Shown here: positions 17,768-28,285 of the stretch, piece after piece
Numbering within the stretch: the stretch's first letter is position 1
Layout: the number at the start of each line of letters is the position of its first letter
Source of the DNA: Candidatus Bathyarchaeota archaeon
GTDB lineage: Archaea; Thermoproteota; CALKCG01; B24
DNA length: 64,000 nt
Assembly (NCBI GenBank): GCA_018396755.1
Contig: JAGTQM010000008.1
Location: 6,595 to 70,594, forward strand
Reading direction: 5' to 3'
Program-made: the position numbers and the translations under genes
Notes under the pieces: generated by a model
What the model saw: the letters and a program-made list of their open reading frames with translations, nothing else
Told to the model about the DNA's origin: nothing
The model's database searches: none

Positions 17768-19153
17768 CTAAATCTTCCATCTTTTAAGGAGGATGATTAT
17801 GGCCCCCATCGCAATAAGTACTCCGATTATCAGTAGCATCAGTTGAGAGTAATCTTTCCTCCAGACTGCATGTATCCCCCTATGCTCATCAACGTATACT
17901 TCAACCGTCCTTTCATCAACGATTTTATCTTCAGGCTTAAGACCTTCAAAATGGTCGAAGACATTTAAAACCAGGAAACCAGTCCTTAGCTTACTTAATT
18001 TCACAGTGGCATATGTACCTTTATAGTACCACCCGGATCCTAAGACATCACCATAATCAGTAATCACAGAGACATAATACATGTCTGCTTTTGGAATCAA
18101 CGCATTCAAGAGTTCCTCCCTCCATCTTCCCCTTATCGGATCGTAAGCTCCAAAACCCGCGCAAAATTCCCAGTAGCACCAGGCAATATTCCTCTTCTCA
18201 GCTTCTCTTGCTACAAAATACGTCCACCTAATTCTAGAACCTATATCCGCTTTACTGTATGCTCCAAATTCTCCGAGGAGAAGAGTAATATTGTTATGCT
18301 TCATAGACCATTGGACTGCGATATCCAGTTCATCTCTAATCTGCTTCTTCTCAGCTTCAGTTCCAAACCATTTTCTTCCCATTGGTGGAGAGGGACTAAC
18401 CCACTCGGCACCTTGATGAGTAAACTCAAAAGGCGTGTAGAGGTGGAAAGTGACTATTATATTCTCATCGCCCTCAGGTATCATTAAGTCTTTAAGCCTA
18501 TGAACGCTATTCCAGTCTACCGGGCCTATTATAATCTTCCTCGTAGGGTTTATCTCCCTTATAATTCTGATGGTATCTGCAAGAAGTTCATTCCATATCT
18601 CGCTCGTTAATGCTCCACTGGGCTCATTAAGCAATTCGAAATACAGGTTTTCAGAATAATCCTTATAATGTTCAGCTATCTGCCTCCATAAAGCCATGAA
18701 GCGTTCTCTATGCTTCACAGGATCCTGCATCATCTCCTCATAGTGGTGGATGTTTATTATGACTATTAGATCCTGTTCTAAAGCCTTACTTACGACGTGG
18801 TCCACCCTTATGAAAAAGGTTTCATTAATCTTGTAAGGTGGGTTTTGATCTGCATGGGCTGACCATCTTATCGGAATCCTAACAGTATCAAATCCAGCCT
18901 CCCTTATTACTTTGAAGTATTCATCTTTTATGTAGACACCCCAATCACCTTCTCTAGGGGCTTCTAACGCATTTCCGATGTTTATCCCTCTATGCATCCC
19001 TATCCTAGACCACTCCTCACTTTGCGTAAGCAAATACATACGGCCATTAAATTCTAGTAGTATAGAGTAGAAGACCAGTAAAATTAAAGTTGCCAGTAAA
19101 ACGTGATGTGGAAGCTTTACTTGCAATAATAGATTGATTCCACCATGCTTCAA
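17768..19153 (-). CDS. glycoside hydrolase family 5 (cellulase-type), membrane anchored
   Basis: The acid/base motif is YFELLNEP and the nucleophile region is LLGEFGAY. Hydrophobic segments occur at both termini. Confidence 0.8.
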   Translation of the reverse strand: MKHGGINLLLQVKLPHHVLLATLILLVFYSILLEFNGRMYLLTQSEEWSRIGMHRGINIGNALEAPREGDWGVYIKDEYFKVIREAGFDTVRIPIRWSAHADQNPPYKINETFFIRVDHVVSKALEQDLIVIINIHHYEEMMQDPVKHRERFMALWRQIAEHYKDYSENLYFELLNEPSGALTSEIWNELLADTIRIIREINPTRKIIIGPVDWNSVHRLKDLMIPEGDENIIVTFHLYTPFEFTHQGAEWVSPSPPMGRKWFGTEAEKKQIRDELDIAVQWSMKHNNITLLLGEFGAYSKADIGSRIRWTYFVAREAEKRNIAWCYWEFCAGFGAYDPIRGRWREELLNALIPKADMYYVSVITDYGDVLGSGWYYKGTYATVKLSKLRTGFLVLNVFDHFEGLKPEDKIVDERTVEVYVDEHRGIHAVWRKDYSQLMLLIIGVLIAMGAIIILLKRWKI

Positions 19154-19173
19154 GATTACCGCTCCCTACATCC

Positions 19174-20325
19174 TCATACCTTAGATTTAACTCGTAACAT
19201 AACCAATATTACTGTTATCACCCATGAAATCGCCGAAGCCGTTAGAAACGTTACTCTAGATTCATGTAGGATATATTCATCTCTAGTCATTATCTGAAAT
19301 CTCTGATGCTCCGTCCTCGCTGTAGAGAACGGTCTGAATACTTCTTCAATACTAACTCCACGAACTTCTATATAAGCCGGGTCGTTTACGCCCAGCTCTC
19401 TATCCACAGCCATTTTAAGCGTTGGAATAAGCCTCGGATTAAAGCCCATTATAAGCGCAGCTATTGAATCTGTAGCTACAGGGTCTTTCCCAACGATGAT
19501 TAAACCCATGTTTACGGGTGTTCCCTGCGTCGGACCTAAACCTTCCATAGCTACTATTCCATCTATTATTGTAAGATTTATCGGTCTGATTGTAGCTAGA
19601 TCTGTTATCGGCGCAGCCATGTATGTTCCTCCAAGCCTATTATCGGCTTCATGCAACTTTCCCTTTGGACTACCGTAAACTAAAGAAGGTGGTATTCCTA
19701 TGAGGTTTTTTAAACCAAGCGTCACAACGGCATCACTATGAGTCTTCAAACATGCTAGTGAAATGAAGAAATCAACTTCAAACAACCGCTTGCTTAAAGT
19801 TACATTTTGAAATGCTTTACCGTCAGGTATGGTTACGTTGATGAATTCTCCAACGTTTAAGTCGACCACTTCAACCCCACTGTTTGAAGCTACATCTAGA
19901 AGTCCTAAAATTCTAAAGTTTTCCAGCGTGTTACCTTCTCCACTCCCCTCTGCTACTACGATTTGCGAAGAACCCGTAGACTTAAGCAAGTCTATTAAGG
20001 CTCCCAGGGTTTCTGGATGGGTGGTCGCAGGTGGGGCTTGGGCTCTGACGACGTTGGGTTTAACCATAATCTTATAGCCGGGCTTTATATACGTGTCTAA
20101 ATCGAGTAGACGAAAGGCATCGCTTAAAGCCTCATATACGTTTGCCCTTTCAGCTTTAACAACTGCTACGATGGCTTTAGCCTCCCCTCTAAACCTGAAG
20201 TCTCTAAGGGCGTCACTGGGATTTTTAGCCGTATACGTATATATAGTAAGAGATGTAAGTATGCAAGATAGTGTTAGAAACATGATTATAAGTAGCTTAC
20301 TAAAGCCATGCCGCATAGCTGTCAA
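19174..20325 (-). CDS. DUF362-domain protein with N- and C-terminal transmembrane segments
   Basis: It shows the DUF362 pattern as I remember it (KIMVKPNVV ... THPE ... CLKTH ...). Confidence 0.55.
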   Translation of the reverse strand: MTAMRHGFSKLLIIMFLTLSCILTSLTIYTYTAKNPSDALRDFRFRGEAKAIVAVVKAERANVYEALSDAFRLLDLDTYIKPGYKIMVKPNVVRAQAPPATTHPETLGALIDLLKSTGSSQIVVAEGSGEGNTLENFRILGLLDVASNSGVEVVDLNVGEFINVTIPDGKAFQNVTLSKRLFEVDFFISLACLKTHSDAVVTLGLKNLIGIPPSLVYGSPKGKLHEADNRLGGTYMAAPITDLATIRPINLTIIDGIVAMEGLGPTQGTPVNMGLIIVGKDPVATDSIAALIMGFNPRLIPTLKMAVDRELGVNDPAYIEVRGVSIEEVFRPFSTARTEHQRFQIMTRDEYILHESRVTFLTASAISWVITVILVMLRVKSKV

Positions 20326-21487
20326 GAACTATGTCTCGCAACGTCACTTTAAAGGTTTTGCAACGATTTACTTAGTAGGTTTTACTCAGACTTTCATAGC
20401 TACTTTCAACTATACCATGATGATTATTTGGCTGGGTTCGTCAAACGAAGGGTTGTGTCCTGCTTTATCAATAGGCAGAGCCATATATTATGCTTGGCTT
20501 CTTTTGATATCATACGATGTTGCCGAGTTGATATTCAAACCAATTTTAAGTTTTCTATCAGATAAATTTGGATGGAGGATGGCGCTGATTTTATCGATTA
20601 TTTCCCAAGTAATTTCATTAGCCGCTTTAATTGGAAACGAACTTCAAAATTTTCTAATATCTAGAGTTCTTCAAGGAATAGCTTCTTCAATATCGCCTAC
20701 TCTTATGGCTGTAGTATCCAACTTAACTGATGGTGGTGAACGCTACGTAGGCGTTTACATGGGTTTTAGAGGTTTAGGCTATCTAGCGGCTCCACTGTTA
20801 ATAGCCATAATGGAAGGGCTAAGTAAACAGTCCATAATCTTCATTATGTTTTCTTTAGCGTTTCTGCAAACGGCTCCATTGATTATAAACGTGCATCTAA
20901 AGTTTAGGAAAGCAGATACGCTTAATCTTAATACGCTTTTCCAGAAAAATATCTGCTTACTATTTCTGTTAACGGTATTAGCGTCAATACTCATGGGTGT
21001 TAGATTTACCTTAATCCCCCTAGTAATGATTAGACGAGGTTTTACAACACAAATCGTCAGCATGATTTTAACCTTAGGCTTCTTAATATGTATTATAGGT
21101 CAATCGTCATCAGGGATTCTACTTGAAAACAGGCATCTAATGCTTGTTGCCTCTTTGGGCTTCATACTATCTACGGTAGGATCAGCATACATGCCTCTTA
21201 CAAGAAATCTTCTCGATCTATTAATCGTAGCTTTAACGGTGACTTTGGGGTCTGGCTTAACTTTACTATCGACAAATACATTACTTACGCGAAAAGCCCG
21301 GAGAACGAACATAACCTCTACATTAGGCTTAAACGGATTAGCGCAGAGTATGGGAGAACTTATAGGATTAACGGCTATAGCTTCACTCTCAGAAATCGAC
21401 CTCAATATGGCAATAGTATCTATCATAGTGGTTACATTAACTGGGTTTATAGCATCTCTTCTTATAAGAGAGGAGCCGTGGAGGTGA
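20282..21487 (+). CDS. MFS transporter (start uncertain)
   Basis: It has multiple TM helices and an MFS motif-A-like SFLSDKFGWRMAL. The ORF-track start at 20093 lies inside the opposite-strand gene. The ATG at 20282 is the nearest in-frame start upstream of TM1. Confidence 0.6.
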   Translation: MIISSLLKPCRIAVKNYVSQRHFKGFATIYLVGFTQTFIATFNYTMMIIWLGSSNEGLCPALSIGRAIYYAWLLLISYDVAELIFKPILSFLSDKFGWRMALILSIISQVISLAALIGNELQNFLISRVLQGIASSISPTLMAVVSNLTDGGERYVGVYMGFRGLGYLAAPLLIAIMEGLSKQSIIFIMFSLAFLQTAPLIINVHLKFRKADTLNLNTLFQKNICLLFLLTVLASILMGVRFTLIPLVMIRRGFTTQIVSMILTLGFLICIIGQSSSGILLENRHLMLVASLGFILSTVGSAYMPLTRNLLDLLIVALTVTLGSGLTLLSTNTLLTRKARRTNITSTLGLNGLAQSMGELIGLTAIASLSEIDLNMAIVSIIVVTLTGFIASLLIREEPWR

Positions 21488-21588
21488 CTGATGAAATAAG
21501 GACGGCTGAGGATAATTTTAATCTTCACTTTTTGTAAAACTTTACATAAAAGTAAAACTTTTATGTACATACTAGTATTACATATTCT

Positions 21589-21840
21589 GTGAGCATCATA
21601 AGCGTAAGAATCGATGAAGAAACCCGTCGGAAAATGAAGAGGTTCTCCCATCTAAATTGGAGTGAAGTAATAAGACAAGCCATACTTCAAAAAATTAAGG
21701 AAGAGGAAAGTAAGAAGAGGATGCTTGACCCAAAAATGCTTAAGGAAGCTGCGGAGATAACCGACAGAATAAGAAGACCTTCTCCCTCTTGGAGTAGCGT
21801 CGAGGAGATAAGGAAATGGAGAGGAATGAGGAGATCGTAG
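21589..21840 (+). CDS. vapB: ribbon-helix-helix (CopG-like) antitoxin
   Basis: The N-terminus is SVRIDEETRRKMKRF...WSEVIRQAI. It lies directly upstream of a PIN gene and overlaps it. Confidence 0.7.
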   Translation: MSIISVRIDEETRRKMKRFSHLNWSEVIRQAILQKIKEEESKKRMLDPKMLKEAAEITDRIRRPSPSWSSVEEIRKWRGMRRS

Positions 21841-22253
21841 TAGACGCTTCTGTAGTTGTGAAATGGTTTGTGGAAGAAGAATACTCTACTGAGGCATTGA
21901 AGCTAAGAAATGACTATGTAGTTCGTCTCATAGACGTAGTTGCTCCAGCGCTACTGCCCTTTGAAGTTCTCAATGCTCTCAGATATAACCCAGAATTCGG
22001 AGAGAAAGACTTAAAGGAAGTTGCCGAGGCGTTGATGAAATACGATCTCTGGCTTTTTCCAATATTGGGAAAACTGGCTGAAAGAACGATAGAGAACGCC
22101 CTTAAGTATGATATAACTATCTACGATTCATCCTACATCTCGCTCGCAGAAGTAGAAGATAAGCCTCTCTACACAGCTGATGAAAAGCTTTTGATGAAAC
22201 TGAAAGGCAATTTCTACGCTCACCACATCACGGAATATAAGCGGAAAATCTAA
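21816..22253 (+). CDS. vapC: PIN-domain ribonuclease toxin
   Basis: The motifs VVDASVVVKW, ...YDSSYISLA and ...LYTADEKL supply the conserved acidic PIN residues. Confidence 0.8.
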   Translation: MERNEEIVVDASVVVKWFVEEEYSTEALKLRNDYVVRLIDVVAPALLPFEVLNALRYNPEFGEKDLKEVAEALMKYDLWLFPILGKLAERTIENALKYDITIYDSSYISLAEVEDKPLYTADEKLLMKLKGNFYAHHITEYKRKI

Positions 22254-22295
22254 TCAATTAATCGTCACGATCCTATGAAGATAACTTAACCCTTC

Positions 22296-23933
22296 TTAAG
22301 GTATTGGAAGTACGAATATGGGAGATGTCGTTAGAGTTAACTCATATATACCGTCTTCACTTTCGTAGAATTCCTTCAAACCATATAGCTTCACAACTTC
22401 TAAGATTTTAGTATTCACATTCAACTTAATCTTATGTTTATACCCGGTGGTCCAACATACGTATTTTTCAACACCTTGCTTACTTTCGAAAACTAGAACG
22501 TAGTCATCTTCACTTTCAGTTTTAACTCTTCCTTTAAAGTAGAAGCCGTTAAGCTGCAATGTGAGGGTGTATATAGCATAGTACGCTGGTTTGATAAAGT
22601 ACATGGGTCTCCCATAAACTGATCTAAGGCCTTCATAGTCTGCGATTATGCCGAAATTATGTTCGGAATCTTGAATACTAGTTCCATCGTCTTTCCAATC
22701 GTAGAATACGCTTACATTGACACCGTTCATTATATTCACTAAGAACATTCTAACAGCATACTCCGCTTGAATCGTAATAGAAACCCTATTACCGTAGGAG
22801 CCGCTAGTACAATAGCCCCACTCACTTGAGATGATAGGCTTCGAGGAAAATCCATATGAGGCTAGCGTCTCTCTCAACATGACGTATTCTAGACTTACCG
22901 TTTCAGGGCTTGCGCTCCTATACGGGTGAATGGAGACGGCTTCTACACAATCCAACACATCAAGTTTAAACGTTTCTTCTAAGAACGTAAAATCGAAACC
23001 GCTTATCCCCGGAGCTACAAGTTTAACATCAGCTATCTCTTCAGCAGTTGAATGAACAGCCTTCAACAGTCGGGTGTAATCCTCCGGGTTGGGCTTAGGC
23101 TTCCAAAATTGAGCCAAGTTGGGCTCATTCCAAAGCTCCCATATTACATCTTCACCTTTAAACTCTCTAAAAGATTCCAATGTAAACTTTGCAAAAGCCT
23201 CTCTGCCAGTATCAGTATATGGTGCCACACCACCGTCGTAGTATTGATTTCCATAGTCGAGTATGAAGAGAGCCGTTATATTCCGTTCCCTTAAAGCATC
23301 TACAAGTCTCCTGTATTCTCTAAAATTGTAGACACCTCTTTCTCTTTCTACTTCGCTCCATAGAAAGTCCATTCTAATCAGGTTTATACCGGCATGCTTC
23401 ATCATACCTAGGTCTACTTCCCTAGGAGTTATGAAATGTATGTTCACTCCAAACTTGTAGATCGTTTCCGAGAAATCCCGCTCTTCAATAACTGCGAACA
23501 ACCAAGGGTAGTGTTCAAAATTATATCTTGGGTTTTCCGAAACCCCATTAAACACCCTTCCATTTAAATGGCACTCTAACAGATAAAGCATCGGCTCCAA
23601 AGAGCCAGTATCCAGAGTTATCGCGTGTACCCCATTTTCCATAGCTTTAACTTTAAAACCAGATATTCTGATCAGTTTAGATTGATCATCCATAGGCTTC
23701 AAGTAGATTTCAAAAGTATTCTCGCCAAATGTGGGATTGAAAACTTTAAAGTATATCTTCGCTTCTTCGCCTTTAAGAAACCAATTCTTAGCAATAGTAT
23801 CCGTACCTATGTAAACCAACTTTACAGACGGTTTAACGATGGACAGAATACTCACTGCAATAATTAAGGTAGAAGCCACAAATATTAGTAGCTTTAACCT
23901 CCACCCCTTAAAGTACAATTTATTCAAAAGCAT
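22296..23933 (-). CDS. clan GH-A TIM-barrel glycoside hydrolase (GH5/GH39-like), N-terminal membrane anchor
   Basis: It has the acid/base motif IWELWNEPN, INLIRMDFLWSEVE, and a nucleophile-like SSEWGY. Confidence 0.6.
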   Translation of the reverse strand: MLLNKLYFKGWRLKLLIFVASTLIIAVSILSIVKPSVKLVYIGTDTIAKNWFLKGEEAKIYFKVFNPTFGENTFEIYLKPMDDQSKLIRISGFKVKAMENGVHAITLDTGSLEPMLYLLECHLNGRVFNGVSENPRYNFEHYPWLFAVIEERDFSETIYKFGVNIHFITPREVDLGMMKHAGINLIRMDFLWSEVERERGVYNFREYRRLVDALRERNITALFILDYGNQYYDGGVAPYTDTGREAFAKFTLESFREFKGEDVIWELWNEPNLAQFWKPKPNPEDYTRLLKAVHSTAEEIADVKLVAPGISGFDFTFLEETFKLDVLDCVEAVSIHPYRSASPETVSLEYVMLRETLASYGFSSKPIISSEWGYCTSGSYGNRVSITIQAEYAVRMFLVNIMNGVNVSVFYDWKDDGTSIQDSEHNFGIIADYEGLRSVYGRPMYFIKPAYYAIYTLTLQLNGFYFKGRVKTESEDDYVLVFESKQGVEKYVCWTTGYKHKIKLNVNTKILEVVKLYGLKEFYESEDGIYELTLTTSPIFVLPIP

Positions 23934-24070
23934 TCCTCAATTTAGAATACTTATTTAAATCCCCCTATAAGCAAGTCTTACCTTAGATTCATATACTTAA
24001 AGACGCAGTAGTTTAGACAGCCAACTACGATATACATAAAGCCTACACTACAAATTCTAACAAAGTAAGA

Positions 24071-25225
24071 CTAGATTTTCAATTCAACTCTATACTCTTC
24101 AATCTTATCTTCTCTCACTTTAACTCCTAAGCCTGGTTTATCAGGCACTTTTACTTTAGCGCCTTCAAATTCTAAACCATCCACTATGAGGCTTTCAAGA
24201 AACTGTGGACCGTTTATATCGATCGGCGCCACTATTGGTAGCGTACTGAATAGGTGTACTGAAGCCGTAAATCCGACCCCGCTTTCAGTCATGCCACTGG
24301 CGAATAAGTCTATACCCGCGGCTTCAGCTAAAGCAGCTATCTTAAGATTACCCGTTATCCCCGATTTGGCGAGTTTTAAAACGATCAAATCTAACGCGTT
24401 GGAGGATATCAGTTTAATCAGGTCGTAGTGGCTGAACATAGATTCATCTACGGCTACTGGTATGGAGCTTTTTAAAACTATCCGTTTAAGCCCCTCGTAA
24501 TCCCAAGTTGGAACTGGCTGTTCAAGGCATACCATCCTTCTAATATGTACCTCTTCTATAAGGTTTAGAAGCTTCCCTATAGAGTAGCTAGTATAGGCTT
24601 GATTAGCATCAGCCCATATAGTTGCATCTGGAACAGCTTCGCTAACAACTTTAAGTCTTTCAACATCTTCAACGGGGTCACCCATAATCTTAACCTTAAA
24701 GCACCTATAGCCTTTTGAAGCCATTTCCCTAGCGTAATCAACCATAGCTTCAGGATCGCCACTCATCATAGCTGAGAGTTCTACGTAGTCGCTTATCTTA
24801 CCTCCTATGAGCCTATGAATGGGTTGACCCGTGGTTCTACCTATTATATCGAATAGAGCCGTTTCAACAGCCGATTTAATGAATGGCTGGCCTGAGCTTA
24901 CGACTGGGGTTAACAATTTGTCAAGTCTTCTAAGGATTAGGTTTAAACTGAATGGGTCCATGCCTTTTAAAGCCGGAGCAATGTAATTCACTAGAGACGT
25001 ATAGGCAGACTCTAACGTTTCATACATCCAAGTATGCATAAGTCTAGTCTCACCCCAACCCACCGTACCGTCTGAAGCTTCAATTCTAACGTATAAGTGG
25101 TCTCCAGGAATTCCAGGCCTACCTACAACGCCTCTGGAGAGTACGAAAGACCTCACATACGGTATTTTAAGCGGATATGCTTCAACGCTTCTTATGGTAG
25201 ACATGGGAACACGTTTAAAATTCAA
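24071..25225 (-). CDS. enolase-superfamily enzyme (mandelate racemase / muconate lactonizing family)
   Basis: The motifs FKVKI, WADANQAY, LEQPV and AVDES supply the metal-ligand and Lys pattern. Confidence 0.85.
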   Translation of the reverse strand: MNFKRVPMSTIRSVEAYPLKIPYVRSFVLSRGVVGRPGIPGDHLYVRIEASDGTVGWGETRLMHTWMYETLESAYTSLVNYIAPALKGMDPFSLNLILRRLDKLLTPVVSSGQPFIKSAVETALFDIIGRTTGQPIHRLIGGKISDYVELSAMMSGDPEAMVDYAREMASKGYRCFKVKIMGDPVEDVERLKVVSEAVPDATIWADANQAYTSYSIGKLLNLIEEVHIRRMVCLEQPVPTWDYEGLKRIVLKSSIPVAVDESMFSHYDLIKLISSNALDLIVLKLAKSGITGNLKIAALAEAAGIDLFASGMTESGVGFTASVHLFSTLPIVAPIDINGPQFLESLIVDGLEFEGAKVKVPDKPGLGVKVREDKIEEYRVELKI

Positions 25226-25329
25226 TCCGCCGACTATTTAAGCGTTCATAAACTATGCGTAAATTAATGTATGCCATATACTTTTCCAAGTTCTTTCATA
25301 TGATTGAATATTTTTATAGGTTAGAACAT

Positions 25330-27090
25330 TCAATAGTTGCTCTGAATCAAAGGTCTGATATTCTCAGCGTATATGCTTGTAACTTCCGATAGGATTAAGC
25401 CTTCCAAATCTCTCACTGGATCGTTAACCGAATACGTAGTTATGTACGGGGCTTTAACCAAGGCTTTAACCTCCTCCGGGTAATCCCAGTCTTTTATGTA
25501 GAATATCGATATTTTATGCCCCTTATTTCCGAGTATTTTAAGGTCTTCCAGAGCCTCTTTAAAATTCTGCCATCCCCCGTCCGTTATGACGACTACGAAG
25601 CATTGTTCTATAGCCACGTTCAGAAGCTTGGCTATAGTCTTAGTAGGCATTATCGTCAATTCTCTAAACCTCGATGAAAGTATGAGCTCTTTAAAATCGT
25701 CATCCGCATCCCAGTCAGCGGCTATATGGTTTGTTGAGAAATTCACAATAGCCGTGTTCCCACCAGCCCATTTAGCGCTTAAATATGCTATGAAGCCTGC
25801 AGTAGATACTTTATCCAGTATATTGCTCATACTGTAACTCGTATCTAGAACAACTAGGACAGACGGTATAATGTTCGTATGTAGTTCTCCACCTCTACCG
25901 GCGGCTCTCATATGCCATTTAATCGTTGTAACCTCCGGTATTATAGGTCCTTCATCTAAACTTGCCTCTACGTCTAAAGACTCTATGTCATCTTCAACAT
26001 ACCATTCTTCAGGATAACTCTGTATGGTCCATGTTGGTCTAACTTCACCTCTTGAAGCCAAGTACGTTATCAGAATGTTTTCAGCTCTCGCTCTATACCA
26101 GAGTTTCCTCCATAAGAGGTCTTTAACGTCTAAAGGCATTTTCTCCAGAAGCCTGCTGATAGAAGTAGGTAGTATGAATTTCCCATAGCCTCTTCCAGCG
26201 GATGCTTTATGGGCTTTACCGGGCTCCCTAGATACATACATGCGATCTGCTTCTTCAGACTTACGCAACGCCTCTCTGACTTTATCGGAGAGCTTCTTAA
26301 CGTCTTCCTCTCCAACCCTAGGTTTTATCCAAACTTCATAGAACGTCTTAGCATCCCTCTCGTTCTCAATATTGCTTAAAACTTGACTTATCCTTTTCAC
26401 AGCATCTGGATAAGCATCTTCAATCAGTGGAATGAACTTCAACCCAAGCCTATCTTTAGAAGGCTTCTTCAAAGTACGCTTTTGCTCCTGAGTATCTGCC
26501 CTCAAGAGGACAGCCGATATGGCTTTGATCTTACTTATCCAAGACTTAGGAGGCTTTATAGAATCCGCCAGCAATCTACCGAGTATTTCAATTTCATCAT
26601 CTTCAGGCTTGCAGGTTAAATCTGGGAAAAACTCCCTGTAAACTGCAAATATTAGCGACTCCAACCCCATTGGTTTACATCTATCAAGTGTATCATGTAG
26701 GTGGAACGGTGTCTCACCGTATTTATTTTTAAGATATATACAATCTACTTGAAAATCTGAAAACATCGCTACAGCTGTATACGCTAACCTACTATCTCGA
26801 AGAACACTGTAAGCTATTTTCTGCAAGTAGTAGGCAGTTTTAGCATCATATGGACAGTAGTGCATATGAGCTAGAGTATGTCTTAAAAGCCAGAGTAGTA
26901 AACGGTAAGGGTCTCTAGATTTGCTTAAAAGATTAGGGTTTACATGCAGCTCCCCATTTAAAACCTTCACAGGCATGCTCAGCTTGTCATTCAATTTAAA
27001 CTGGATCGGTGGAAAAAACAATTCAGATTTAACTTTGGCGAAGACCTCTTTCAGTGCCGTAGGGTTTATTTGAACCGTTTCTACCTCCAT
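25330..27090 (-). CDS. vWA-domain protein with an N-terminal metallopeptidase-like (DUF2201_N-like) region
   Basis: The C-terminal MIDAS is VLVVLDTSYSMS ... VVVITDGGW. The N-terminus has LRHTLAHMHYCPYD, an HxxxH rather than HExxH. Its start overlaps the ATPase gene's end by 10 nt. Confidence 0.75.
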   Translation of the reverse strand: MEVETVQINPTALKEVFAKVKSELFFPPIQFKLNDKLSMPVKVLNGELHVNPNLLSKSRDPYRLLLWLLRHTLAHMHYCPYDAKTAYYLQKIAYSVLRDSRLAYTAVAMFSDFQVDCIYLKNKYGETPFHLHDTLDRCKPMGLESLIFAVYREFFPDLTCKPEDDEIEILGRLLADSIKPPKSWISKIKAISAVLLRADTQEQKRTLKKPSKDRLGLKFIPLIEDAYPDAVKRISQVLSNIENERDAKTFYEVWIKPRVGEEDVKKLSDKVREALRKSEEADRMYVSREPGKAHKASAGRGYGKFILPTSISRLLEKMPLDVKDLLWRKLWYRARAENILITYLASRGEVRPTWTIQSYPEEWYVEDDIESLDVEASLDEGPIIPEVTTIKWHMRAAGRGGELHTNIIPSVLVVLDTSYSMSNILDKVSTAGFIAYLSAKWAGGNTAIVNFSTNHIAADWDADDDFKELILSSRFRELTIMPTKTIAKLLNVAIEQCFVVVITDGGWQNFKEALEDLKILGNKGHKISIFYIKDWDYPEEVKALVKAPYITTYSVNDPVRDLEGLILSEVTSIYAENIRPLIQSNY

Positions 27091-28283
27091 CTCAAATACA
27101 CTCCTAAAGTATCTTCTTCTTTGAGTATACCCCCTTTAACCCAAGCCTTCTCAAGCTTCATAAGCTCCTCTGCAAATACGGGGTCTTCTACGGCAACTTC
27201 CCTAGCATATGTGTACAACCCTCTATCAAAACCGTTCATAAGCTTGCTGAGTATAAGCCACTGTCTCCTATTAACCCTTTCATCTATCTTCACTCTTTCA
27301 CGCATCAGCAATTCCCTAATATCGTTTAGAAGACTTCTAGTCTTGATAAGACTCATCCTGTGTGGGAAGACCCATAGCGCAAGCGAAAGCACATCGTCTT
27401 GGCTGACTTTACCTTCAAGCCAAATCTTAGCCTTAACGAGCTGCGTTAAGACTATTGTAGATCTCTCACTAGGCGGGTCTTTTATATTGCTACACACGTC
27501 TCTAAGAAAATGACATCCTTCGCACAGTATCGGAGGCTTCACTTCGGAATGCTCCCTACCCCTTACACACGCTTGAAAATCTCTAACCAGCATATTGATA
27601 AGCCCTATGGTTTCACTGTCAAGTTCAACTTCATCCACTTCCTTCCTTATGCTTTGAAGCTCTTCAAATGTGAGGACTTGAGGCATGGATTCTACAAGTT
27701 CCCCTTCGTAGCTATCCAGAAGCGATTGAAGCTTAAACTTATCGCTTAAACTCAGGGATTTCAAGTATATGCATATGTCGAATCTATCGTAGAACGGAGG
27801 TGGATGTATAAAAGTCGTCGGATCGGCCGGGTTCTCATTGGCTATGAGAATGTAATCTCCAACTTTAACCCGCTGTCCATACGCCCATACTTCACCGAAC
27901 TGCATCATATGGTGAATGTTGGAGGTTGTATACGGGTTTAATCTATTGACTTCATCTATACCCTTGCCTTTAGCATTTACAAATGTAGCCCATAGAACTT
28001 TTTCAACCCCCTCTTTTTCAAGTGAAGGTATGTGAAGTCTACCTACAACCTCCCCACGTTTAACCTCTGAAGCGCCAGATATCACTACGTGGTCTTCCCC
28101 AGTTATTCCTCTAAGTATTAGAAGCATAAGCGTGGATTTTCCAACACCTCTCTGAGCCCTTATGAGGGTTGAGCTTCTCCTGTGAAGCTGATTCAATATA
28201 GCTATATCCACTACTTCTTCGTTCCCCACGAACCTAGAATTTACCTCTTCTCTAAGCTTTAAAACAGATTTTTTAAGACTCAA
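27081..28283 (-). CDS. MoxR-like AAA+ ATPase with a Cys-rich C-terminal extension
   Basis: Walker A is QRGVGKST, Walker B is GIDEVNRL, and the sensor region is ILIANENP ... PPPFYDRFD. A Cys cluster follows (C-x16-CEGCHFLRDVC). Confidence 0.8.
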   Translation of the reverse strand: MSLKKSVLKLREEVNSRFVGNEEVVDIAILNQLHRRSSTLIRAQRGVGKSTLMLLILRGITGEDHVVISGASEVKRGEVVGRLHIPSLEKEGVEKVLWATFVNAKGKGIDEVNRLNPYTTSNIHHMMQFGEVWAYGQRVKVGDYILIANENPADPTTFIHPPPFYDRFDICIYLKSLSLSDKFKLQSLLDSYEGELVESMPQVLTFEELQSIRKEVDEVELDSETIGLINMLVRDFQACVRGREHSEVKPPILCEGCHFLRDVCSNIKDPPSERSTIVLTQLVKAKIWLEGKVSQDDVLSLALWVFPHRMSLIKTRSLLNDIRELLMRERVKIDERVNRRQWLILSKLMNGFDRGLYTYAREVAVEDPVFAEELMKLEKAWVKGGILKEEDTLGVYLRWR

Positions 28284-28285
28284 AA

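Noticed and set aside
20093-20325. Long 5' extension of the MFS ORF overlapping the DUF362 gene, with head-to-head ATGs sharing CATG at 20281-20284
   Set aside because: The extension is antisense to a better-supported gene. I cannot resolve the true starts of either gene from sequence alone, so the apparent 5'-5' overlap is more likely a start-assignment problem than a real feature.
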